Shown: positions 24,480-37,330, counted from the whole stretch's first letter. The stretch is DNA of 60,304 bases, filler included, from Nemertoderma westbladi (GCA_032718475.1; 3 parts of 3 records of this genome joined end to end with filler, not necessarily neighbours in it); one strand, 5' to 3'. Notes: a model not told the origin generated them from the sequence alone. A program made the numbers and translations.

Positions 24480-25335
24480 AATGAATGAATGAAATGAATG
24501 AATACGTAATATAGTCCATTGTTGCCCAGCTACTTGTGTGAGATAAATTAGTCTTTCGAACTCCCATACCTCTGATATTTTTCAACTAAATTCAGATTGT
24601 GTTACAAATTGTTATAAATTCAGATTACTTTTTAATGTAAGGGGGTGGGTGAGACGTGAGGGGGTGTACACACAAGCCAAATTTTGTAGGAAGGCTTGCT
24701 TGAAAATTTAACTTTTTAATCCACTGTAAGGGGGCGCATGCAAAATTTTGCAGGGGGGCGCATTGTGATGTTGCGACGCCAATGTCCCTAGGACTCCTCT
24801 GTACAGTAGTTTAGGCATGGACTTCTAGAATATTATTTATACCATACATGTATGTATTGGTATAAATTCATATTCTAGAAGTCCATGCTTTGAAGTCCAT
24901 CTTTGAATAAACACGTACAACTATACTGTATTATTTTATAGGCATTATTGCACTGTTAGTTGCCCAGCTACGTATGAAATACGCAAATGTTCCAGAATAT
25001 TGTGCATTTTTGTTAAATACAATAAATTGTCTGCAGCGGAAGCAAATACTGTACATGAATGCAACTATAACGCCCATACCTCAGCTATTTCCCAACCAAA
25101 TGAAAATATTTTTACATTTTTGGAATCCTTGCAAGACCAACTTTTTCAATGCAGTAGTATAGTAGTAGGCCTACCAACAAATCACTTTAAGGTTGAAGAA
25201 TAACTGCATTATGATTACGACTAGTCCAATACTGCAATATATCGATTGAGACACCTTTTTCAACCGCTGGTAGTTTAAGAAAGAAAGAAAGCAAAATTAA
25301 ACATTTTGTCTCGCCCACTCCCACTATGCACTAAG

Positions 25336-25499
25336 TGTTAATATCTATGATATGTGTAAAATGTATAATTGTAGTAACGTGTGCAACGAACAAGTTCTAG
25401 AATAGTTAGTTTTAATATATTCTGGATTGCATTGCGTGAAAGTGTTTGTTGGTAATAAATAAGCGTTGTGGTATAATATAGCAGTATTTAGTATTAACA
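25336..25499 (+). repeat. 5' LTR (164 bp)
   Basis: Begins TGTTAATA and ends TATTAACA (8-bp terminal inverted repeat), contains AATAAA, and ends 1 nt before the PBS. Confidence 0.8.
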
Positions 25500-25500
25500 A

Positions 25501-25511
25501 TGGTAGCAGAG
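25501..25511 (+). promoter_or_regulatory. Primer-binding site for initiator tRNA-Met
   Basis: TGGTAGCAGAG is complementary to the 3' end of animal tRNAi-Met. Confidence 0.85.
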
Positions 25512-25652
25512 CGTACCGACCAATCTTAATCCCTCTTTTTAGCGTTAAAAAAACAGATAGTGTATTGCGTAAATTTACACTCAGTATTGCGTAGCGTGGA
25601 GGCATTGCGAAATTTACTATCGTGTTGGTATGTAAAAAAAATACATGTTGAG

Positions 25653-26534
25653 ATGGCGTTAAGATTGAATCCACCTGAGTTTAAGAAAGACTCAAAGAGT
25701 TATGAGCGTTATAAACGAGAACTATTGGCTTGGCGAGAAATCACTGATCTTCCTAAATCTAAACAGGGTATAGCTATTGCATTATCCCTTCCAGAGGAAG
25801 GGGATTCTAAGATTAGAGAGAAAGTATTCGATGAGATTTCCATTGAAGATTTAAAGGGCGAGGATGGACGAGGTGAACTTATAAAGTACCTAGATGAGAA
25901 GTTAGGTAAAGACGATTTAGAAGATTGTCTCGAAAAGTTTGAGGACTTCGAAGATTTCCATCGAGACGAGATCTGCAATATATCAGAATATGTTTCAATG
26001 TTTGATCAGAAATATCAGCGAATAAAGAGACTTGGTATGAGTCTCCCTCCAGAAATTTTGGCCTTTAAATTATTAAGGAGATCTGCCATTTCTAAAGAAG
26101 AAAAAATGTTAGTACTCACCGGAATGGATTATTCTCAGAAGGTGACATTATATGATCAAGCACAAGAGTCTTTAAAAAAATTCATTAGCAAGGGAACATC
26201 CGGATTACAAAGTGCGGCCATTAAACTTGAACCAACCTTTCTTGCCCAAAATGAAGAGGCACTAGCGGCTGCTGGTTACTATCATTCCTCTAGGAGTAGC
26301 CCTAATTGGCAACGTGGTGGTGGTGGTGGTGGTAGAGTTCGGAGGGACGTTGGACATTTTGATTCCACAAGGCGGTATGTTCCTCCCAGTTATAAGAAAG
26401 ATGCTGGTAATTTGGGTTGTTCAGGTCACCGAATTAGTGCAGTTCGAGCCCAAGACAGGAAAGTGAATCCCGCTGGTACTGATGGAAAAAACCTCTTACT
26501 TGTCGCTGCTGTGGTTCATTTCGACATCTTTTAA
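25653..26534 (+). CDS. Copia gag
   Basis: ATG at 25653 (MALRLNPPEF...YERYKRELLAW...). The zinc knuckle lies in the -1 frame after the A-run at 26486-26491. Confidence 0.8.
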   Translation: MALRLNPPEFKKDSKSYERYKRELLAWREITDLPKSKQGIAIALSLPEEGDSKIREKVFDEISIEDLKGEDGRGELIKYLDEKLGKDDLEDCLEKFEDFEDFHRDEICNISEYVSMFDQKYQRIKRLGMSLPPEILAFKLLRRSAISKEEKMLVLTGMDYSQKVTLYDQAQESLKKFISKGTSGLQSAAIKLEPTFLAQNEEALAAAGYYHSSRSSPNWQRGGGGGGRVRRDVGHFDSTRRYVPPSYKKDAGNLGCSGHRISAVRAQDRKVNPAGTDGKNLLLVAAVVHFDIF

Positions 26535-28319
26535 GAGATTGTCCTGATAGTTGGGAAAATCTGGAGAAAGTCCACTACACTAATAATGATCACAAATTTC
26601 ACGATTCTATGATGCCTGCAGAACTAAACCTGTCTGAAAAGACGACCCCATCGGAAATATTGGAGGAGTATGATTGTGAAGATGTTCTGCTAAGTGTGTT
26701 CACTACGACCTCATCATCCACTGAGATTTATCAACTTGGCGTTGAAGCTTCCAATTATGCTGTATTGGATAGCGCCTGTACCAGCACTGTATGTGGAAAA
26801 GATTGGATCAACAACTACATTTCTAGTTTATGCAATACTTACAGATCCAAAATTCAATTGAATGAGGGTCACAAAATATTCAAATTTGGTGGCGGCACCA
26901 AGCTGAGATCAATTTCTGAATGTTTAATTCCAGCTTTTATAGCCGGGCGGGATGTTCAAATTCGAACAGATGTTGTAGAATCCGATATTCCACTACTCCT
27001 TTCCAGGGAATCTATGAAGCGCGCACAAATGACTTTGGACTTGAATTCTGATGAAGCCACAGTTTTTGGCAGACGCATATCTTTAAATACTACATCAACT
27101 GGACATTACTGTATTCCAATTATGAAAGATATACCAGAAAATTACGTCCGTGCAGTTAACTTTACTGCAATGGATGACAAGCACCTTCATCAAACTATTC
27201 TGAAATTACACCGTCAATTTGCTCATCCATCAGCTAAAAAACTGATAAATCTCCTAAAAGATGCTAAGGTATGGCAAGATAGTTGTAAACCTATAGTTGA
27301 CGATATTGTAGAACATTGTGAAGTTTGTAAGCGATTCAAAAAATCTCCACCGATTCCCATTGTTGGACTACCAATGGCAAGTGAATTTAATCAAGTTGTG
27401 GCTATCGATCTTAAGGTTTGGGAAAAACAGTGGATACTCCATATGGTAGACGTATGGTCTCACTATACTGTATCCGTCTTAGTTTCAAGTAAATTACCTT
27501 GTGTCATTGTTGATAAAATGATGACTAACTGGCTTTCCATTTTCGGTATTATGGGCGGTATAATGAGTGATAATGGTGGGGAATTCAACTCAGATGAAAT
27601 ACGGGAAGTAGCTTCAATATTAAATGTAAATTTACATACCACAGCTGCTCGAGCACCTTATCAAAATGGGTTATGTGAGCGAAATCATTCTATTACAGAC
27701 CGTATGCTCAGTAAACTTAAAGAGGATAATCCTCAGATCTCAGAACATATCTTATTGCCTTGGGCAAATATGGCTAAAAACTCTCTCCAGATGTGGAACG
27801 GTTTCAGCAGTCATCAACTTGTGTTCGGCAAAAATCCTAAATTACCATGTATTATGACTTCAAATCCCCCAGCACTGGAAGGTTCAACCACAAGTAAAGC
27901 ATTTGCTAACCATTTGAACGCCCTTCATGCAACTAGAGAAGCTTTTGTACAATCTGAAGCTGATGAGCGTATTCGTAGAGCTTTGAGACATAAAGTACGA
28001 GCATCAGAACAGACTTTTCAGAATGGAGATCTTGTTTATTATAAACATGATAGTAAAGATAGATGGCTGGGCCCTGCCAAAGTGGTTTTTCAGGATGGCA
28101 AGGTGGTGTTCGTGCGTCACGGAGGTGTATTCGTTCGTCTTTCTCCTAATCGTCTCATTGCTATCAATTCACTTGAACAAATTCCCGCAGTTCAAGTTCC
28201 TGATGCGTTCAAGCCAGAGGCAGTTTCCAAACTTGTGGATAACAATTGTGGCACAATAAGAAATACAACAGCTCTGACACCAGTATTAAAGCATACTGTA
28301 AAAACCAGTTCAACTGGAA

Positions 28320-28440
<121 letters not shown>

Positions 28441-29317
28441 AACTGGAATCAACAATTGCGGTCTTCAGGAAATGATCTCGACAATTGTGCCATCTAACAA
28501 AGACACAAATGTAGACAATAACTCAGACAATCTAAAGTCCAAACAAAAATCCACAAATAACGTGAACTCCTTGCCACATTCAGCACAATGTATTAAATTT
28601 CTTGATCATAACACACAGCAATGGTTTACAGCGACTGTTATGGGTCGTGCTGGTAAAGCATCAGGAAAGTATAGGGATTGGTTTAACGTGGAGGAGTCTA
28701 ATGGAGTTCAGAGGTGCATCGACTTTGGTTCTAACCCTTGGATCCAAGGTGATGCGACTAATGAAGTAAATTTAGTTCTCATTCCCAGAAAAGAGCAGTC
28801 TTCTCCTGAGTGCCAACAAGCAAAATTAGTGGAGCTACAAAAATTGAGAGATTTTGAAGTCTATCAAGAGCTACCTTTCAACGGACAACCATGCATATCG
28901 ACGCAGTGGGTTCTATGGCATAAGGGAACAGAGATTCGTGCTCGTCTAGTTGCCAGAGGATTTGAAGAGCAAATTGAGGTAGCTACAGACTCACCTACAG
29001 TTGCAAAATGTACACTTCGCACATTTTTGGCTATCGTTTCCAGTAAAAAATGGGTTCTAAAAACAACTGACATAAAATCTGCCTTTCTCCAAGGTGAATC
29101 CCTAGTACGTGATGTCTTCCTCCATCCACCCCAGGAGGCTGATGCGCCGTTGGGATATATTTGGCGATTAAATAAGTGCTTGTATGGTTTGAATGACGCA
29201 GCTCGTCAGTTCTACAATAGTGTGGTAGAAGAGATGTTGACCCTCGGTTGCAGCCAATCTCCATTAGACCCTGCTCTATTTTATTTTAGAGAGGATGGCA
29301 ATCTTTGCGGTATTCTA

Positions 29318-32301
29318 CAGTCCCGCTCTCAAAAAGCATTCCTTTGATCAAACATTGATCAAACTTTGATCAAACATTGATCAAAGTTTGATCAAATATT
29401 GAAATGAACCAGGCTTATAAATCCTGCCATTGAGTTCTACCAAAGGCGCTGCACTTCAAAGTCTAGATTCCCACTGAGCCGTGTGTCAATCAAGCAGCCC
29501 TCTCTCTCTCTCTCTCTCTCCCGCTCTCCCTGTGTGTGTAAAGCTCCATGTGCTCTGTAGGATGTCTGCAGAGCACACAGGACACCACGTCCATATCATA
29601 CCATAGGTTTGTACGCTATAGCCGTTATTTAATCCGCACCGCCTAGGTTATAATAATTTACAGCGATTATCAGAAAATAACAGCCGCAATTGAATCTCCA
29701 CTTGGCGGTGTGGTGGTAATGAAAGCAAGGGCGGGTAGGGGCTGTGTGGAGTTTAATTCTGAGTTACGCAATGTGTTGGTTGGGTGGATGGCTACAATAC
29801 ATTATAATGGGGGGGGGGGGGGATACATGGGAGGATACAATAATTGTATCCTGGCTGGCCAATGGCTAGATCCTGGGGGGGGGGGGGGGGGGGGGGGGGG
29901 TAATATGAGAATATCCCTTGGTATTATTATATCAGTTGACATTGTGGCCTTCTGGCTGGCCACAAGTGGGAAATACGTTGCTTTCTTGTAAGGAGAAATA
30001 ATTGATTCGACAACAAATTATGTCATAGGGAGTACAGGAGTCAGCGGTCTCCGTGCTATTTGCTGTATATTATTAGCTTGGGGTGCCGACAGCGACAGAC
30101 CACTAACAAAGTAAAGGCATAGCATGTGTAATGGCTCTTAGCTTATGCCGCCCCAGCATGTAAAACCATTTATCTGCTGTGGAATGGAATTCCCCGAAAT
30201 TTCGAAATTTACTAAAGGCTTCCCAAGAAATTAGACAGCCAACTAACCCATACACAGGAGGCGGCCGCGAACCAAAGAGATTGGCCTCCTGGCACTGAGC
30301 TGGCCTGGTCGCAAAGGAACTATGCAGGTAGTAATGTGTACTAAACTAATTTATTACACTAAACTTTCTTACTAAAATTTCAACATGGAGGTCTTTTCTG
30401 TTTGCCCAAAAACAATTAAACAGACGTTGTATTTGTCTCGATATTAATTAAAATTTCTACCTTATCTCGCAAATAGTGGCGCCAGTTGGTCGCAAATAAA
30501 AAAGTTCTCCAGCGCAAATCGATGAAATCTACTTTGGTTTGTTGTTTTGGTTAGAAAACACAACCCCTTTAACCTGCTCCTTTCGATGTATTACATTAAT
30601 TTTTTTGAAACAAATTGTAGCTGTACCAGTAATGGGCCTGTTCTCAGATACACTTGCGGTGACAGCACGGTGAAATCGCATACTGTGAATCACAGCATTT
30701 GGGTTGTTGTTACAGAGATGCGAGTAAAGCAGTTACAGTCAACTGTATGTTCGGTTGGGTGATGACTTAGCCCGCGGGAATTCTTAGCCCGCAAAATGGG
30801 AATCGTTTACCCGCAAGCTTTCTTAGCCAGTGGGCAGGGCATCCTTAGCCCGAAAATAAATTGTATTAGCCCGCGGGAATTGATACTGGACGATTAAATT
30901 GACAGACTGGCTTTCTAGTGAATAATGTCTAAAGAAAATAATTTAATAATATTCCAGAGGCTTTATTTCAGAACGTAGCCCGGAGTTGTTAGTGGGGCCT
31001 ATTACAAGACTCAGTCTGGTACTGGTACACTACCACAACACTGTGTTGTCATTCTAATAATGATTATAATAATTCACAATTGAATCTCCACTTGGCGATG
31101 TGGCGTAATGAAAGCAATGGCAGGTATGGGCTGTGCTGTGTGGAGTTTAATTCTGAGTTACGCAATGGGTTGGGTGGATGGCTACAACACATTATAATGG
31201 GGGGGGGGGGGGGGGGGGGGGGTGCAGGTCCGCAGCTTGTACAATGATATACTGTAGTAATAGTCCACAACAAGAGAGGGTATGGGATCACTGGGGTTAT
31301 ATTGAATGCCTTGTCTTACAGCAAAAGTGAGCAAAAGTGTGGTTTGTCGGCCGGATGGTTAAAAACCTCCATTAATTAAAAATGAATGAGCATAATTGAA
31401 TAAGTATTACTAACCCAATTTGATTTTTAATATTAAAAAAATTATAATTACAATACGTTAAACTGAATTAAAAAATACGTAACTAATGATGTACATAACA
31501 TAGTTTACTTTGAAACAAATTAGGTTTTCAATAAAATTACCTTATCAGAGTATTAAAATTAAATTACGTAAATTTTTAGAAGGTATTTTAGGGGGTGCGC
31601 TGGCGCTTGGATTTATTTATTACTTTATAAAATTATTTCTTATTTATTTCTTTACATTTATTAGTATAATTAGAGACAGGGGCAGGAAGGAAGCTTGTCG
31701 AATTTACACAATTAGTGTATAAGCAAATGCAATGCAACGGCAGCCATCGCGCTGCTACGTCAATGGAGGTATTTGGCCTTGATTCTGATTTAAGGAACAT
31801 TGAAACAATTTCTAATATAACAATAAATTAAAAATATTCCAAAGGCTGTTTTTCTGAACTAGTTGTTGGTGTAATAATAGGCCCTGCCCTACAAGAACAA
31901 AACTCAGTCTGGGACACTACCACAACACCGCCTTGTAAATCCAATCGCTGCCCATCCACAAAGTCAAGCAAGCTCCATCCACCGCCCTGTCAATCACATC
32001 GCGGCTTGGCCATTAACAAAAGCCAGTTCTCGGCGGGAATCTGAGTTCAAAGGTATGCCGCAGAAGAGCGATGTAAACTGTTACCTTGAAATCATTTCAA
32101 TGTCATTTCAATATGAGACAGAAAGTCTGGAATTTCGGTCCATCGATTTCAAGGTCATTTCAATATGCCATCAATGTCATTTCAATGTCAATGCTACTTT
32201 CAATGATATTCTATGGACACATTTTGATCAAACTTTGATCAATGTTTGATCAAAGTTTGATCAATGTTTGATCAAAGGCATGCTTTTTGAGAGCGGGACT
32301 G
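29318..32301. mobile_element. Non-autonomous Tc1/mariner-type DNA transposon inserted in the Copia RT
   Basis: TIR CAGTCCCGCTCTCAAAAAGCAT.../...ATGCTTTTTGAGAGCGGGACTG with tandem TTTGATCAAA repeats, TA TSD, no transposase ORF, and an internal duplication (about 29685-29825 vs 31075-31220). Confidence 0.88.
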
Positions 32302-33492
32302 TAGTCTCACACATTGACGATTTCCTGCATGCAGGAAATCAAAACTTCGAGTCAAAAGTTATACAGAATCTCACCAATAGATTTCTTGCGGGAAAGGAAG
32401 CAGCTCATAAATTTACTTACGTTGGTTTTGAATTATGTCAGCTTCCTAATGAGATAATTTTAAACCAGGAATCATACTTAAAGAATATTGAGATAAAGGA
32501 CATACCATTATCCTTGAGCAAGTCGACAAAAAATGAAAATTTAGGCCCATCTGACCTTACCATGTACCGGTCTCTAGTTGGTAAACTTAATTGGCTCGTG
32601 CAAGGGTCTCGCCCAGACTGGTCCTTTGAGCTAATAGATCTTAGCACACACTTCAGGGATGCTCGAATGGAACACTTATTGCGAATCAGAAAAATTTTGC
32701 TAAATGTCAAAGATAGAAATGCTTTCATTGTGTTCCCAAACTTAGGTAACCCAATCAATTGGTATCTAATTTTATTTACTGATGCTTCATTAGCTAATCT
32801 AGCAGACGGAATGAGCAGTACTATGGCATTTGTTCTGTATCTAGTTGGCATAGATATTCGCTCCTGTCCTCTTTCTTGGAATGTTTGCAAGATTAAACGC
32901 GTTGTCCGGTCTACGATAGCTGCAGAGGCGTTAAGTCTTCAAGAAGGTCTAGAGCAATCGATATACACAAGAGGTGTCATTAGAGAAATAATTGGTGATG
33001 GTGATTCTTTAAAGATACCCATCCGCGCGTAGGTCGACAACAAGAGTGTCGTTGAAGCCATTCACTCCACGAAATTGGTTGATGACAAGCGACTATGAAT
33101 CGATATTGGGGCTATAAAACAATCCCTAGAGAAGGGTGAAGTTGAATATGTGCGTTGGTGCCCAGGTTCCATGCAAATAGCAGATTGTTTGACAAAAAAA
33201 GGTGCATCCGGATTTCATCTCCTGGAGAGTATACAACATGGTCGAATTGACTTTCTACGATAATGTAACGATTCGTCAGTAGACTATGTTTTAAACCATT
33301 GGAGTATAACACACATGTGATTGATATTTAGAACAACACAAAAAAAAACATAATTTATACTAATCTATGATTAAGATTTGTAGAAAAATTGGGTAATAAC
33401 GAAACTTTAATGTACATTTTATTATAGGGAGGGATTTAGGGGTCTTAACCTCGATTGATAAGTTTATTTTACCGAAAATAAAAGAATCCGAC

Positions 33493-33535
33493 ACCACGCT
33501 GATGAGACCCAGTAAGGTCGAAACGCGTACGTGGT
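33493..33535 (+). ncRNA. Minimal type I hammerhead ribozyme, intact core
   Basis: ACCACG-CTGATGA-GACC(CAGTAA)GGTC-GAAAC-GC-GTA^CGTGGT. Palindromic stem III (ACGCGT). Predicted cleavage after 33529. Confidence 0.9.
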
Positions 33536-33910
33536 TTGGAGAGATATGAGATATTAATTTCAAGAAAAATTACGCTATTCCTAAATTTGTACACTACCCG
33601 GTTAAAAAGTACGCATGTGATGGGATTAGTCCTACAATTGCGCCTATTAAAAGATAAGTTATTTTCGGTAAAATAAACTTATCAATCGAGGTTAAGACCC
33701 CAAAATCCCTCCCTATAATAAAATGTATAATAACAAACACCTCGAAAAATACAGCTTGCCAACACATTGTTATGTTACTATCAATAATCAAAAATCAGGG
33801 GCTAATAAAATGGCCTCTGGCTTTGAAATTAATACTCCATATCTCAAGAACATGTTGCCTAGTGGTTGTAGTCTCGGCTTCCACCTTGAGGTCCCAGGTT
33901 CGAATCCGAC

Positions 33911-33953
33911 ACCACGCTGATGAGACCCAGTAAGGTCTAAACGCGTACGTGGT
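33911..33953 (+). ncRNA. Second hammerhead copy with mutated core
   Basis: Identical to the first copy except GAAA->TAAA at 33938. Confidence 0.8.
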
Positions 33954-34322
33954 TTGGTTGGAGAGATATGAGATATTAATTTCAAGAAAAGTACGCATGT
34001 GTGGGATTAGTCCTACAATTGCGCCAATAAAAGTATCAATCGAGGTTAAGACCCCTAAATCCCTCCCTATAATAAAATGTATAATAACAAACACCTCGAA
34101 AAATACAGCTTGCCAACACATTGACACTTTAATGCTTTAATGTTATTCCAGGACATACCGGTACTGTAAAGTACAGAAGTACAGTAGGCCTAGTAGAACT
34201 TCACTCAGAATTCCACATTCTGCATTCTCACTTCTCAGGTCTGCGGTTCTCAATCAAGCGTGCATAGTTCAGTAGTTAAATAGCTACACTGCTACACAAA
34301 ACATAGCAAAGCAACGTACCGG

Positions 34323-35392
34323 TGTAACAGCGGATTCAGTCCCCCGAAGAATCGGTCCCCCCGGACCAGATCTGCTAGCGGATTTAGTCCCCCCGGACCC
34401 AATCCGCTAGCAGATTTGGTCTCCCTAGGACCAAATCTGCTAGCGGATTGGGTCCTCGTTCGCGGATTTGGTCCCCCCAATGTTATTGCAATAAATTCAA
34501 AATACACTGCCAGACTGCTCCGTTCCCTTCCTTATTGTCAATGGATACAATACTGGCAGACCGGTTATTCAGTATGTATCGTTTATTGTTCTGGTTAGAA
34601 AACATTGTGTGTAACCTGCTCCTCTCCAATTTCGTAGTACGATAAATTTATTGTAATGAGGTTATATTGTTTTAACCTTTTTATTATTAGAAAATTTATC
34701 CTCCCCACCTGCAAACTATAATAATATGAATGAACATGAATGAATATGAATAACTGTTACTCAGTTGGGTTTAGGTGTAACAGCTGAACTGAATATACCT
34801 GAATATACCGAAATGACACCAACTGACCAATGACAAATCCAACCAAATACACCTGACAACTCGAACTACAGTATGATTATTTACTGTAATAGGGACAGTA
34901 CAATATCTTCCTCCTCCTCATGTAATCATCCCTCATCCATAATGAATCTATAATGTTGAAATTAGCCGCTTTCCTGAGTATAGTTGCAACTTTGTTGAAT
35001 TGACTGGATATGTGTCATCTCCCGAAATATAATTATAGACGGCTTGATAAAGCTGCGTCTCATCGAAGTTGGCCATAATAGCCTACTGTACTGATGCGAC
35101 TATATCAGTATATACAGATGTGGGAATTTAGTTTAACGCAGTAGTGGTAGCTACTGCAGTTTTAATCAGTCTATAATTTAATGCATAAGCTACGCTGCTA
35201 TGTCAGTACCAGTACTGCTGCACTCAGCACTGTCTGACTGTACTGTAAAATTATAATTTAAGGGGGGACTCAATCTGCGGAGGGGGGACAGAATCCGCTA
35301 GCGGATTCGGTCCCCCCGGACTCAATCCGCTAGCGGATTCGGTCCCCCCGGACCATATCCGCGGGGGGACAGAGACAGAATCCGCTGTTACA
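34323..35392 (-). mobile_element. Ginger1-type DNA transposon, deletion derivative
   Basis: TIR TGTAACAGCGGATTC/GAATCCGCTGTTACA with subterminal repeats and a CCGG TSD (34319-34322, 35393-35396). A minus-strand remnant from about 35076 (MANFDETQLYQAVYNYISGDDTYP.../ILRKAANFNII) resembles the N-terminus of GIN1/Ginger integrases. Confidence 0.8.
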
Positions 35393-35480
35393 CCGGTACT
35401 GCGGTTCTACAGTACACACACAGTACAGCAGTAGTACTGTAACTGTAGTAACCTGATTCAGTGATTACAACATTTACATT

Positions 35481-36095
35481 ATGAATGATAATTCTTTAGT
35501 TACGACATTAAAAATTCTTATAATCGGCGAGAGCGGTGTTGGTAAATCGAGTTTGCTGCTGCGGTTCGTCGGTGACACCTTCGACGAACAGCAAGCGGCC
35601 ACCATCGGAGTCGACTTCAAGGTGCGAACCCTAACGGTGGATGGAAATAAAGTGAAACTCGCGTTGTGGGACACAGCTGGTCAGGAGAGATTCCGGACAC
35701 TAACGCCGAGTTACTATCGCGGCGCCCAAGGTGTAATCCTCGTATATGACGTCACATCCCGTGAGTCCTTCACGCAGCTAACTCATTGGTTGGAGGAGTT
35801 AGAAGTTTATACCTCGCGGGACGATATAGTTAAGATGGTAGTCGGGAATAAGATCGATAAAAAATCTCTAATCGCAGTGAGAAGGGATGAGGGTTTAGAT
35901 TTCGCACGTCGGAACAGGTCGCTTTTCCTTGAGGTGTCCGCGAAGACGCGGGAGGGAGTTTTATTGGCCTTCGAGGAGTTGGTTGAGAAGATTATCCAAA
36001 CTCCTGGACTGTGGGAGGCCGTAGATACTGGTATGAGTTTACGTGAAGGTAAGGGAGGGCAGGGGGCGTGCGGGGGATACTGTTCACTACTGTAG
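35481..36095 (+). CDS. RAB18: Ras-related protein Rab-18, intronless
   Basis: LKILIIGESGVGKSSLLLRF, ATIGVDFK, WDTAGQERFRTLTPSYYRGAQG, FEELVEKIIQTPGLWE and C-terminal CGGYCSLL. Confidence 0.97.
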   Translation: MNDNSLVTTLKILIIGESGVGKSSLLLRFVGDTFDEQQAATIGVDFKVRTLTVDGNKVKLALWDTAGQERFRTLTPSYYRGAQGVILVYDVTSRESFTQLTHWLEELEVYTSRDDIVKMVVGNKIDKKSLIAVRRDEGLDFARRNRSLFLEVSAKTREGVLLAFEELVEKIIQTPGLWEAVDTGMSLREGKGGQGACGGYCSLL

Positions 36096-36931
36096 GAATC
36101 ACGGAACACTATTTTACTGCCTACCTCCAGACATATACAATTTTTTTATGTTTGTCGATAACTTCTTCGTATTTCGCTTTTTGTTGTTAAGATTGGAATT
36201 TAGTATAAGAAATGAAACGTTTGGGTAACTATGAAAAATGGAGTCCCGACTGATTTTGCTTGTTTCTTAGTGCGAATATGAATTGAGTTATTGAACAACA
36301 CATATCGGTATCCGAGGTGCCCCCGTTACGCTATACCACACAAATACGCGATCTATCATACGTTACGTATATTTATATTCCTCCACCTTTTGTAATATTT
36401 ATTTGGTTCCTGTTGCTAATAATTTACGCTGTTGTGCCGGTATATTCCTATATTAATTTTAATTAAGCAATTCGTCGTTATTATTTTATTAGATTAGAAG
36501 AAACACTTTATATAAATTCCAAATATTAGTTAACATGTGTCCGCAATATGTAAAAATGTACAGATGGTTAAAATCTGACAACCTTTACCGTCCAGGTTAC
36601 TATAGGTATCGTTGATCGTTAGTTTGCCCCTTAGTTTACCGGCAACCTATTTTGCCTTCGCCGAAAGTTCGAAAGTATATGAACTTTACATACGTACAGT
36701 AATATTGTGAAAACCCACCCCAATTCTGTTCGATTCAAGTTAATAATTTATTCATAATTTCGCGCCCTTACTGCAATAATTATTGCGACTAAAAAAAATG
36801 GGATGTGATGGGGGGGGGGGGGGGGGTGGGGGCAAATCCCATAGAACAGGTTTGGTTTTATTTTTTGGAAATAATCAGCTGTTATTTGCGTCGATTTTCC
36901 CCTGGAGATGGATGACTTGTTTGCGTCTAAA

Positions 36932-36962
<31 letters not shown>

Positions 36963-37330
36963 TTTGGATATATCTGTGTGGAGTTTATAAAGCCACTGGA
37001 CACAGCCACTGCCACAACCAAATAATATAATTAAAGGAGCAGTTATTTCGATTCAACAAAGTCAAGTAATAAACCTAAATAAGTATTGAAAGACCGATTA
37101 ATGAAATCGAGAGAACTAAAAAATTTCAAGAGTATACTGTTTGTGTAATAAAAGCAATAAACTGAAATCCACAACTTAATTTAATATAATAGATATCGGA
37201 TTATATTGAAACAGTAATTTAAACTGAAATTCCTTGGGTAGAATTTCAGTTTTCAGCACTCGTGTTGACATCTAGCCCAACCCAAGCTGTCATCCTTAAA
37301 TAGTCGATAAATTGTAACCAAGGTGACTTT

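Larger units (their letters stand above)
33413..34122 (+). mobile_element. Retrozyme-like tandem repeat (418-nt unit) with tRNA-like Pol III promoter and hammerheads
   Basis: Two CTGATGA cores 418 nt apart, A box at 33855-33865, B box GGTTCGAATCC at 33897-33907, a 5' inverted segment at 33413-33480, and flanking direct repeat ACTTTAATG (33404-33412, 34126-34134). Confidence 0.82.

Noticed and set aside
27960-27966. Other CTGATGA words (2485, 27960, 49842) as hammerheads
   Set aside because: No stem II-GAAA-stem III-UH arrangement follows; the first two are codons within retroelement ORFs.
33850-33915. A genuine tRNA gene here (also at 16181-16250)
   Set aside because: A and B boxes are present but there is no complete cloverleaf; both are heads of repeats.
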